Below, one piece after another: positions 52,777-64,000 of a DNA stretch of 64,000 nt. Positions within the stretch are counted from its first letter, which is position 1. Each line of letters starts with the position of its first letter. The translations under genes and the position numbers were made by a program. Location: assembly GCF_000181795.1 (NCBI RefSeq), contig NW_003526943.1:9780849-9844848 (forward strand). Reading direction: 5' to 3'. Below the pieces are notes generated by a model. That model made no database searches. It saw nothing but the letters and a program-made list of their open reading frames with translations, and was not told where the DNA came from. The stretch is from Trichinella spiralis (Eukaryota).

Positions 52777-54511
52777 ATGGTAGAACCGTCGTCTTCGACG
52801 TCCGAACAATGCAAGAGCATTATTCCCTCCGGTGCATTCGACGATCTGACCGAAGACCAGCTGGTCGATCTGTGCAAACAGGTAGATGAAGAGGAGAACG
52901 TGGAACGGGTTGTTACGGAGCCGGTGCCCAAGCCGACCGACGACAAGCAGCAGTCAGCGCATCCTGCATGGTACTGGGGAGATGCCAGTCGTGATGAGGT
53001 GAATGTACAAATGCGTGACCAGCCGGATGGAACGTTTTGTGTGCGCAATTCGAGCACCGTCGGCGATTATACGTTGACAGTTCGCACTGGTGGTTGCAAC
53101 AAGATGATTCGAATTTACCAACGCGACGGTAAATTTGGCTTCTCGCCTGAGACCAGCATGCAGTTCACCTCTTTGGAAGATTTTGTTAAGCATTACAGTT
53201 CCAATTCGCTCAGTGCTTACAATCGCAATTTGAATTTGGTTCTGCAAAAGCCGCTTTCCCGGCGCATGCGATTCACATCCATCAACACGGATCAGTTGGT
53301 GAAAATTAGTCGATCTCTGTGCAAACAGTACAAACTGAAATCCAATCGCTACGACCTCATATACGAAGAGTTTTTGCGACTGTCAGCAGAATCTAATGGC
53401 AAAACTCGCGCAGTGGTTGCTTTTGAAAAAAATTTGGAAATGTACGAGCAACAAATTGATGTCCAAATCAAGTGAGTTTTTTTATCAGATTGTCGAAAAG
53501 CTTTTCTTCACACACAAATTTCGTTGGTTGTTCAGCAGTTGTGCAAATATATACGATAAGGGTTTGGTGTAATATTATTGTTCTATCTTCTGTAAATTGC
53601 AAAGTATAAATTTATTGGATCAACGATTGAATTTTTTTAACGTTTTGTCAATTGAGTGAATTTTTTTTATTTTCTTTTTCACAAAAATTGTTTGCTCACT
53701 GCTTTTGATTGTTAAATATTAGCACAACTGTTACTTCATTAACATTTGGACGTATAAGCATTTTTGTTGCTTTTTAATTTGAAAAATAATTTTTAGATTT
53801 CAAGGTTTTGCGTTACCTCATGAAAAGCATTATTTGAAGAAAAATTGGGAATTGTTGAATTCAAGAATTCAGGCGTTGAAAGAAAACAAGGAGAAGCTGT
53901 GTCATGAAATAGACGCATTTTCTGCCAAAATGAAAGAAATCGAATCCGAATTGAATGCTCTGAAACCGGAATTGTATCAGCTTTATCGTAAACGGGACTG
54001 CATAATACGGCTGCTTTTGGAGAGGGGCGTGAGTGCGGCGTTTGTGCAGAAATTGTTGTTTCAAAATTTAACCAAAGATGACAGTTTGGGTTTGACGTTT
54101 GAAGACGATCCCTGCCTGAGGGCGATGGTCGGCAGTTTGAGGGAAACTTTAGCCGAAAAGTTGACTATTAACTGTTATGATAGTAAGAATTGGCTTATTC
54201 CTGAATGTTCGAAATTGGAATGCGCTCGACTGCTGATGAACAAAAATGACGGTACATTTTTGGTCCGGTGCTCAGAAAGCCGGGTAGGCTTTTACGCTTT
54301 GTCGGTAGTTTGCTCAGGACGAACGTTCACTTGTCTCATTGAATGTAGAGACGGTAGATATGGGTTTGTCGGCACGGACACGTATTTTCCGTCTTTGACT
54401 GATTTGATTCTTCATTATTCTGCTCACCCGCTGAAAGATCACAATCCAAATCTGAATACCGTACTGAAGTATCCAGTGCTGACCGTTTTGCCGGATACTT
54501 CGACACAATGA
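52777..54511 (+). CDS. PI3-kinase class IA regulatory subunit (nSH2-iSH2-cSH2; short p55/p60/AAP-1 type), two exons
   Basis: [40 protein letters not shown]; coiled-coil inter-SH2; [11 protein letters not shown]...YALSVV...L.DHNP.LN..LKYPV; intron about 53472-53796. Confidence 0.92.
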
Positions 54512-54792
54512 ATGTGATCGATTTGTTATGTTTCATTTGTTATCATTTTTTAGTTGATCGTTTGCCGTCATTAAATGATGAACATTTTAAGTGGTCTAAT
54601 TTCATTCTATTTTGAACTTTTCGATCATCTGAAATTATATTTCTTCATCTCGTTGAGCACTTCAAAATAATTGATCTTTCTCATCACAAATTCTGTAAAG
54701 AACACATTAAAAATTTGCACAAAATACAATCATCGTAGGGAAAATTATTTTTATTTAATATTACGATAAAAATTTTCCAGTTATCACAAAAT

Positions 54793-55513
54793 TCAGTAAT
54801 CTGTAATAATTAATTCATCGACTCGCCAATCTTCATAGCTTCCGTCCGGCATGTACCTGCGAACAACAAGTGGAATACGTCGTGCTTTCAACTCTTTTCT
54901 AGCTATTTCCAACGCATCTCTTTCATCTTCCAGCTCAACAAGTACGGGTGCACCCATGCTAAATAACCATAAAATGTTGTTTACTTTCAACAGAATCAAA
55001 TTTATTTATCAACAGAATTTTTATAAATGCATAAGAAGTTCTGAAAACCATAACAATCAGAAAATGACAATACTGCTACAATAAATTAGACAAACAGCGT
55101 AGTATAATCTTTTCAGTTTGCAAGTGCCAGCCAACAATTTATCCTATTCATTACTGTTGATAACTGACAACAATATATTATGAAAATTTGATTATTCGAA
55201 AACAAAACTGATAAATAAAAAACGCTTACGAAATCTGCAAGGCTCGAGTTCCCAACACACGTGCACGTTCATATTTCGTCATGTAAGGGGTTGTTATTCT
55301 TATCTTAGCTTTTCGGTCGGGTTCAATTTCCGTATCAATGGATTCCAAAATTTCCAAACGCGGTTGCCGTTCTACCACTGCATCTTCGTAAAATTCATCA
55401 TCCCCACCTTCATCTTCTTCATAGCTTCTATAATTTTGTAATTATAAATCAAAGATTTCATTAAATTGTACAAAAATTTACTCGTCGTCATTCGGATCTT
55501 CATAATCATCCAT
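54793..55513 (-). CDS. POLR2F: RNA polymerase I/II/III shared subunit RPB6 (RPABC2), three exons
   Basis: Acidic N-terminus; [33 protein letters not shown]...[36 protein letters not shown]. Confidence 0.96.
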
Positions 55514-56071
55514 CTCGTCAAATGAAATTCAACACAGTTTGAAGCAAACTGTCTATATTCTTACTGTAGCTCAAAAAATACCCGAAGGTATAAACAAAAT
55601 AAACAAAGAGTAAAAAAGTTTTAATGGCAGTTGTATGAAATGTTTAATTGAAGTGAAATATTCTTCTTCATGGTTTTTTGTTTAGCATAATTATTAATTA
55701 TATTATTTAAAATTACTAAATTGAATTGTTATAAAAATTTTTAGATAGTTTATATACTTTATTAGCCATGCCATTACCGAATAACCTGACATTAAAAATC
55801 ATTAGATAAATTATTAATTATGTTAAATATCATCAAGATATGGTAATTTCTCATGTCTTCCTCAAAAGTAAAGACATTTTAATGAATATAAAGTGTAGGG
55901 AAAGGTTCAATAGCGACCATCAAATAAGGCTTCCTGTATGGTTGTAGCCGGGATTTACAAAATTTAGATAAGCAAGAACAACCGCAAATGATTGTCCTTC
56001 GTAGAGCTTCGATAATACTGATTCATACTAATAACCTCTTCTTCTGATTCCCCAATCACACGAGTAATATA

Positions 56072-56435
56072 TGTAACGAGTCGCTCCCTCGGGCAGGCTC
56101 GTTCACTTCCTCCACCATGTTATTGGCGCATTCGCCGCTAAACGGCGACGGGCTGGTATTGACCGGCAGGTTTCCCCTTTCTTTCCGATTCGCGCTCTCC
56201 TGATGGCATTATAACAATCAAACAACAGTCAGTAAGTATAGTTTTTATTGGCAACTGCGAGCAAGGACAGCCGGCTATGCGTTACAGCAAGCCTCTTCGA
56301 CACACAACAACCCTTACTCACACGTACGTCCATAATACCGTACTCCACCTCCAATTCTTCTTACGATAGCTTCACCTTTCTTCCGCTTCATTGTCTGGAG
56401 GAACAGAGTTGTTAATTCGGTCCGCAACCGCTACA
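56072..56435 (-). mobile_element. Solo LTR (364 bp) inserted in the BEL 3' LTR
   Basis: TGTAAC...GCTACA termini, TATA on both flanks, GC-richer than its surroundings, AATAAA on the minus strand near 56245; absent from the other BEL LTR. Confidence 0.7.
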
Positions 56436-57146
56436 TATATATATATAAATATTTACTCACACGTAATAGAAACAGAGTAATACAAGGTTACAACGGTCAA
56501 ATATTTGGGAAAGTAACGAAAAAGAACACAGAATGTCAAACACAAACTGATCACGACACTCTCAGTTCGTTCATTATTGTTTTTCTCGAAATACAAGGAA
56601 TACAGTAAGGTTCTAACTGACGATCATATACAAATCTGTTGTTCCGTCTTTTACACCTCCCCACCAATGGAGTAATTCCACCATACTATGGCTGGTTCGA
56701 TGAGCTGCAATTTGCAGATTGATCTGACAAGTGTTCCCGTAGCGGTTTTCATGAGAACACTTCGATGTATACCATCCGACGATGGGTATAATTCCAAGAT
56801 TTTTCCCAACGGCCAGTTACTTCTATTTTGATTGTCTTCGCATAGTAAAACTATGTTTCCGAATCTGGGTCTTCCATTTTTGTCTATTATTGAAATTAAC
56901 AAGATATTCTCTGCGCCATCGTCGCCATAAATGTCTCGATATCCTCCTCTGATAATACCATCTTCGGCGCAGCGTCATTGCTGTCGAAGTAGGTTCTTTC
57001 TCGACAAGGCGTTTCTCTGTCATGTCCGGTAACTCTAACATCCGTCAATTTGAACGTTCTAAAGTTGTCCGTTTGTACTACCGACGGTTTCCCTCGTCGA
57101 GCAGTGAAACGGCGAAATGCTGCCAGAAAGCTTTGGGCTGTCATAT

Positions 57147-58487
57147 CGTTGTTTGAGAGTATGTGCAGGTCGTCCACATATACACCAACGGTGAGGAAAT
57201 TTTTGTTTTTCCAAAGACTCGTTCTTCGGCCCGTTCAGCCCGAAACTCCGAAAGGTGTCATCCAGCATTCCATACCATGCACGACTCGCCTGCTTCAGAC
57301 CGTAGATGGATTTTCGTAACCGGCAGTACTTGTTGTTTTCATCAGCAACACCAGTCGGCAGTTCCATGTACACTTCTTCATTAAGGTTCGGATTCAGGAA
57401 GGCGGTCACAACGTCAATCTGATCTACTTCGAAATTGTACTTCGCTGCCAATGACAGAAGATAGCGCAGCGAAGAATAGCCCAGTGTAGGGGCGAACGTG
57501 TCTTCATAGTAAATTCTTTGCAGTTGTGAGTATCCTTTGGCCACAAGTCGCGCTTTTCGTTTCTCAATCGTCCCACCTTCTTTATACTTCGTTTTGAAGA
57601 CCCATTTACTTTTGATGGCCTTCTTTTTAGCACTCTGGCTCACAAAAGCACAGCTCTCATCCTTGGACCATGGCAAAGCAAGTTGCTGAACGTTATTTTG
57701 CAGCAACAAGCCCTTGACGAATCCCACCGTAATCTTCTGATTCGATCCTTGGATGCCAAAGATCAGGGGTTGCATGAAAGGCAATCCACCAAGGATTATA
57801 CCACCAACCGTTTCATCGTCCAGAGGTTTTCCAATCGCCTCTAGCTAATCCGCGATACCAGTAATACGGTCGATATAAGCTGTCATCGATCCGCATTCTT
57901 CGAATCGGGTCTTGAACAGCGAGGAGTAGAGGCCAATACGACGTACCAAACTGTTGTCTTCATAGGCGCAACGTAGTTTTTCCCACGCTTGCTTGGCCGT
58001 TACAGCCTTGCGGACATCGCCACTATCACAAGGCTTGATTGACAAATTTATCTTTGCCAATGCTCGTTGGTCCAGCTCATGGTCAGCATTTTCATTTTCA
58101 GCATCCCACCAAGTAATTCTTCATGGCGAGCTTCCATTCAGAATAATTTGTACCATCCAAGTGTTTCAACACGGGCAGGCCACAAACTGCAGAAACCAGG
58201 ACCGTAGGCTTCCTCGAGGCAAGCTGCGCTTGCAGGACCTGGACTTGCTCGACCAACTGGCTAACAACTTGATCCATTAGTCGGAGAGGAAGCGTGCTGG
58301 GCCCATAACCTGTTGGGATGGTGAGCTTCGACGATAAAAGGATATCAGTTTAATGAATCGGTCAGCACAATCGAGCGAGATTAGAACACAGCGTGGGACC
58401 AAAAGAAAAACTAACTACGATACAGTATACGGGGGGTACGGTCTATTGATAATTAGGTACATGGGAATGACGGTGTGATTTCCAACA
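57147..58487 (-). mobile_element. Truncated Ty1/Copia retrotransposon nested in the BEL integrase
   Basis: LTR 58311-58487 (TGTTGG...CCAACA); PBS GGTTATGGGCCC directly after the LTR; gag TAKQAWEKLRCAYE; Copia RT KSKWVFKTK...KARLVAKGYSQ...TFAP...QIDVVTAFLN..L.EEVYM..P.G...LRKSIYGLKQASRAW and YVDDL. Confidence 0.9.
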
Positions 58488-59878
58488 GCTTTCGTTTTGT
58501 ACAATTCCTCTCATTCTCAGTATTCAACGCCTTACCGATTGTTCTTCTTTCCTTCACATAAAGAGGCCCGGAAAAATCTATTCCAACATTGTCGAAGAAA
58601 GTCTGTTTTAGTCTACACCTTATTGGATCATCAATAATAGCTGGGGTCCTAAACTTTGGTAATTCATACCGTGGCAGACGAACGCTGACGGTGACGTCGC
58701 TTCCGTTCTTCACAAGCTCTACCTTTTTTCATCGGTCTGTTTCTCAATGAAATCTTCTGCGATAGATCAGATCTCTAAGATTTCATTTTCGAATGTTCTA
58801 AACTCGTCAGTTTCCTTTTCTAAGTCATTCTGACTCAGTCCTCCTTCCAAATCTTCTTGGAGAAGTTGCACCTTTTCGAACTGCTTCTCGAGTTCCTTCA
58901 ATGCATTCCGAACCTTGTTTCGCGATGCATTGTCAGTGCAAAGCTGGCGAATCTGCTGCGTCTATTTAAGCAGTCTTCACAAGCTTCTAACCAGCTTGCT
59001 TCTTCCTCAGACCTTCAGCCCTCATATTCCGACTTTAAACTGAATACCTGTCAAATGAAACTTACTCAGAAGTTCCGAAGTCTTATCAAACTGTGTTCTT
59101 GGTTTTCGTAGCTCCCGGCTCGTGGCACCAACAATAAATAAATATATATATGTGTGTGTAGGAAAAGGTTCAATAGCAACAATCAAGTAAGGCTTCCTGT
59201 ATGGTTCTGGCCGGATAACTTCGAGCACGCACGGGCTAGACTGCAGCAAACGGAAAAGGCGATGTTGAAAAATCCAGATGTAGCGACTGCATATAGAAGG
59301 TTTCAAAGGTCAAATATTTGGGAAGGCAACGAAAAAGAACACAGAATGTCAGACACAAACTGATCACGACATTCAGTTCGTTTATTATTGTTTCTCAAAA
59401 AACAGGGAATACTGTAAAGTTTTAACTGATGATCATGTACAAATCTGTCGTTTCGTCTTTTACATCAAGCATTTATTATTTAAAGACATCTGTAGATATT
59501 TCATATTTCCAATTTAATTAGTCTTTCTCAATAAATTCTCTAATATGCAGTCTCATCAGGCGATCACCAATGCCGCACGCTGAACAAGATTTGTATACAT
59601 TTCTTGCATTAAAAAATGTTTGTTACTAGTGTATTTAATAAAACAAAGTGGAACTATAAAGTAGCATCAGATCAAGCAGAATGCTTCTAAGATACTCTTC
59701 AAGTGAAGCCAAAAACTTGACAGTCTACTAAAAAGAGTATCTTTTAATTTGAACAAATTACACGCTTGCATTTCAGACATCTAAATAAATGTTTAAATTG
59801 TGCTTTTTCATATTATTTCAAAAAATATACTTTCTAATTTGCAATTTTTAAGGTTTAATGAAATAAAACAATGCACAT

Positions 59879-61692
59879 TTAATGAATAATAACAGATGTC
59901 ACCATTCTGTTTACTCCACACGCTTCATTTCCTCTGTAAAGTCGAAAATAACCATTCTCTCCCCAATCAACTCCCCAACTGTTTTTAATAATCCAATATG
60001 GATTTGACCACCAATGTAGCCAACTTTCTTTACCATAGCCGATGATGGTTGCACCGTGATTGAGAAAATTTGGATTGCAGCTACTTTTAGTAGGTTTTAT
60101 AATTCCTTTACGATATAGCATCAGTATGTCTGCATTCATTCTTACCGCTACTGGACCATGTTCATATAAATAGTTTGCAATTGTAGTTTCATTTTTATGC
60201 AGTAGCACTGTATCATTTATATAAACCTTTAAATAAGTAAACACGCACATATGTATAATTTATAAAGTAAAAATATTGGCTTACTTTAATTTTTTCCTTG
60301 TTCAGCTTGCATGAGCCATGAAGGCCAGTATACGGATAATCTGACTCAGCTTGTACTCCACTCATCCGAATAATTTCGTGGTAAGCTTTTAAAGGTTGTC
60401 CACCACGACAGCCTCTGTTAATTTTGTCACAGTCGATTATTTGTTGCTCAGAAAGGGAGATCAGATCACCAAATTTTATTGCCCATGCACTTTCGATATT
60501 TGCAATTGTACTGAAAGCCCAACTTGAGCCACATTTACCTAAAAATTTCTTTTGCATTTTGTGCCACACTGAAAAACAAATGCAAACCTTGACGTTTAAC
60601 TTTTGTAACTACATTGTAATTTCTCCAATCAAATTTATTTGGTCGATCTACTTTCAAAAGTGCAATTCTCTGTTTGGGCAGCAATGCAGAAGTTTCTAGC
60701 ATATTCAAGTAAGTCTTTCGAAATTCATCTTGGGTCATGTCAGCAAAAATTGTCGGTCCATATATGGCTGTTCCTCAAAAAAATATTTATTTTTGCAATC
60801 TGTATTACTTAAAGTTTAACTTGTTTACATAATTATTTAAATGTTAAAAAATCCTCAGTTGATAAAAACATCAAGTGAATGCAGTTATATTTCTGATTAA
60901 CATTACATGTTAATTAAATTTATAAAAGTAAATTATTGGATCTGTGAATGTTTTAATCAATCAAAAATGTGAATGTTTTCTGCTTGATTTGAAAAATATT
61001 TAAAAATAAAATTTATAAAAGTATTTCAGATGGCTGTACAAGCATTTGCTGTTCTTCAAAAACGTACTGTGGTTAAATTAAAACTCCATTGTGTAAATTA
61101 ATAAATTTGAAAATTTAATAAGTAATGTAAAGTTTAATTCATGTTTTATTTCAAAAAAATATTCTGCGCAAAACAAAAATTATAAAATCAATGATAATAT
61201 TACTTTAATAGTTTAAATAATTGTTCATTTTTTAAAATTATTAGCAGACTGAAGAAATATCAATATTACAAGTTTGTAATTCTAAAAATTTTTTTAATTC
61301 TAAGAAATGCCGCAGCAATTTAAAATAGACTGCTACAACTTTTGTCATGTAACAAGTGAAAATTTAATTAAACTTTTTATACCTTTTTCTTGTTGTTGGA
61401 GATGCATTGCAATTTTCATATTATCATTGAAAATGGAATATTTTTTAATAAATTCATCTTCTGATTCATACCGCTTGTTGAATTCTTTCATAAACATCAA
61501 AAATGCTTTCAATGATTGTTGTTCATTTGCATTCATCAATGGGAAACGATTGAAATAATTTGATATATTGAACGATTTTTCAGTTTGATTTTGAAATTCA
61601 TCTTTAAATTCATGCCAACATATTGAAAGCACATTTGAAAGGAATAAATTTCCAAAATTAATGATGAAGAAGCATAATATACAAAATGACAT
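59879..61692 (-). CDS. Cathepsin F-like papain-family protein with catalytic Cys replaced by Ser, multi-exon
   Basis: Signal peptide MSFCILCFFIINFGNLFLSNVLS; prodomain E.3K.3F.2N.3A.3Q (ERFNAQ type); FDWRN...VKRQGKCGSSWAFS; LSEQQIIDCD; NHG; YWIIKNSWG. Confidence 0.9.
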
Positions 61693-62809
61693 TGCGCCAA
61701 ACCTTTGCAACACATTGCAGGATGGGAAAGTAAACTTCTTATATTTATTTCAGCTACACTTATCACAAATAAAACTGTCACGCATGAGCTGCAATAAATT
61801 TAAATTTTACTATAAAATACAGTTCATCTAAATTAACATGTTCATCAAAGTGATAAATGTTAAACTATGATTTATATAACCATTTGAAAATTCTTGTTTT
61901 TCTGGTTGATTTTTGCATTCATAATCACAAAATAATCATTAAAAAAATTTTCATTTAATCTAATAAACTATTTATGTCCATTTTATTTTTATTAGCGTTA
62001 TATTGTTGACATTTTATTTTTACAATTTTTACATTATTTCATACACGCAGAAATATTTTAACTAGCTTTCCAAATGCACAAATCTTTTAACGTTGATTGC
62101 TATACGCTTTGCAATAAAAGTAAATTTAAAAAATTTTCAACAAGATAAATTTTGAACAGTTGCGCATCATTTGAAAATTATGTCACTACTAACTAATAAC
62201 AGTTAAGCGCAATTAGTTGAAATTTGTTTGCTGTTTAAATCATTATCTAAAACAGATCACTAGCTTTTATTGGTCTTTACTTGAACAAACACAACGGCAA
62301 GAATGTCAAGATATTCGTTTAATTTGTGCGGTGCAATGCAGAAAAATAGTAGTTTGGGAACATAATTAACAAATGATAAAAAGTAAGAAGCTTATGACGT
62401 CAGTGAAGAAGTAAAAGTTGTGAAAATAAATTTTTAACAGTAATAAATTGATTTTTTCAAAAAAAATTCCAAATTTAAAATGTTCAAGCAGTGTCTAAAA
62501 TGTAGCATTAATCAAGCAAGCATCAGTTCTGCTAAACAAAACAAAAGAAGCTTCTAAAATTATTGCTTTCTGTCAAGCGCTTCAAATGATGCCTCATAAT
62601 GTCATAAAATGTGAAATATTCTCCAAGTTTAGCGAATTTCAGAATTTAAAATTCAAATAAGTCTATGACACAGCCTATGGTGTATTTATTAATTGAAATG
62701 CCATATTTGATAGCGATTTACGATTAGTCAAGATGAATTATTTCAAAAAAATTTTATTTATACAAAAAATTGACAAATTTTATCAAAAACTCAAACATCA
62801 AAAATATTA

Positions 62810-64000
62810 TTAATCAATCACAACTGAGCTGGCCATTTGATCGATTCCACAGACACCTTTTCCTCGATAGAGGTAATAGTACCCCTTTTCACCCCAATTA
62901 GGACCCCAGCTATTTTTGATGATCCAATAAGGAGTAGACCAAAACAGACTTTCTTTGACATCATAACCCACAATTGTTACACCATGATTAATTCCATCCG
63001 GACTACACATTAAACGGCTAGGATGAGCAATTCCGCTACGGTAGAACATCATGGCATCTGCATTGAGACCAACCGCAACTGGGCCATTTTCGCTCACATA
63101 GCGTGCAATCGCATCTTCATCTTCAGGTAGCACAACTGTATCGTTGATGTAAACCTAAAACTCAACGTTTAGAAAAAAATGCATTTTTGGGATAACTAGT
63201 GAACGTATTATAAACCAAAAATAACCACTACGTACCGCACTCTTGGTGTGGTTGAATTTGCATTTGCCTGATCTGGCTGTATACTTGTAGTCTTCTTCTT
63301 TTTCAAGACCACCCAGACGAATGATTTCCAAATAAGCGTTAACAGGAAGTCCTCCTTCGCAGCCGTCGTCCAAACGATCGCAATCAACCAACTGCTGTTC
63401 AGAGAGTGAAATAAGTTGAGCAGTTTTTACTGCCCAAGCTCCTTCAATATTTGCAACTGTACAAAATGCCCAACAAGAGCCACAATTTCCTAAAAGAAAA
63501 TAATAATAAAATTAAGCAATAATAATAATAATTAGTATTTCTCAAATTTAAATATAAAATAAAATACCTTGGTCTTTTACAGATGTGACGGCATTGAATT
63601 TTCTCCAGTCCATTCGCTCGCTGATGTTCGATTTGGGAATATTTGCCATACGTTTTGGTTTTTTCACATTGTTTGGGTTGAAATTCAGGTGGGTTTTGCG
63701 AAATTCTTCTGGTGTCATATCGGCAAAAATTGTGGGGCCATAAATAGCTGTTCCTGAGAAAAAATATAAAAATGGATTCTAATTTCACAAGTCAAGTCGA
63801 ACGAGATGATGATAAACCAATGATTAACTTAGTGCTTACCTTGTTCTTCTTCTTGTAATCGTTTTGCAATGACCATATTGCTCTTGAAGATGTTGTATTT
63901 TTCTGCTGTAAGTTTCTCTGTTTCGTACCATTTGTTGAATTCGACCATGAATTGTTTAAAATTTTCCCAAGATCTCGCTTCTTTGGCATTCATTTCTGGC
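62810..64000 (-). CDS. Cathepsin F-like cysteine protease with an intact catalytic triad; the 5' end lies beyond the window
   Basis: KYNIFKSNMVIAKRLQ prodomain; GTAIYGPTIFADMT; VKDQGNCGSCWAF; LSEQQLVDCD..DDGCEGGLP; INHG; YWIIKNSWG. Confidence 0.92.

Larger units (their letters stand above)
55894..59464 (-). mobile_element. Internally deleted BEL/Pao LTR retrotransposon with both LTRs
   Basis: LTRs 55894-56655 and 59157-59464 share TGTAGG.. and ..TTTACA ends; flanks TAAAG/TCAAG (5-bp TSD with 1 mismatch); PPT GGTGGGGAGG at 56656-56665; PBS-like TGGTGCCACGAGCCGGGA near 59113-59130; gag LPRYELPKF; integrase GIDFSGPL, FRRFTARRGKP...TDN; C-terminal WRRWRREYL...WPLGKI..LYP..DG..R. Confidence 0.88.

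Noticed and set aside
52575..53247. Minus-strand ORFs of 160 and 97 aa
   Set aside because: Antisense shadows of the GC-richer PI3K adaptor exon
1..64000. U12-type introns, tRNA/rRNA genes, CRISPR arrays or prokaryote-like operons
   Set aside because: The splice sites I traced were ordinary GT-AG, RTATCCTT matches did not fall at exon boundaries, and I saw no structural RNA or spaced-repeat array; a by-eye scan could miss small RNAs

Overview
AT-rich eukaryotic genomic DNA with many short GT-AG introns. The gene and transposon content suggests a clade I nematode such as Trichinella (inference; no database search was run). Genes in order: TBC1D23 (-), a divergent KAT7/HBO1-like MYST acetyltransferase (+), two intronless CK1/TTBK-family kinases, LDB/Chip (-), an IR25a-type ionotropic receptor (-), a signal-peptide-bearing NUDT9-like protein with a broken Nudix box (+), an SLC1 glutamate transporter (+), mitochondrial GrpE (-), a disrupted SUZ12-like gene (+), a PI3K regulatory subunit (+), RPB6 (-) and two tandem cathepsin F-like genes (-), one with its catalytic Cys changed to Ser. 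Mobile DNA: a hAT-type MITE, a MULE remnant, two decayed Gypsy elements, and a BEL/Pao element carrying a nested Copia fragment and a solo LTR. I see no clearly new multi-gene system. The best leads are the two putative secreted pseudoenzymes, the SUZ12-like locus and the nested retroelement. Gene models were spliced by eye, so some termini are approximate.
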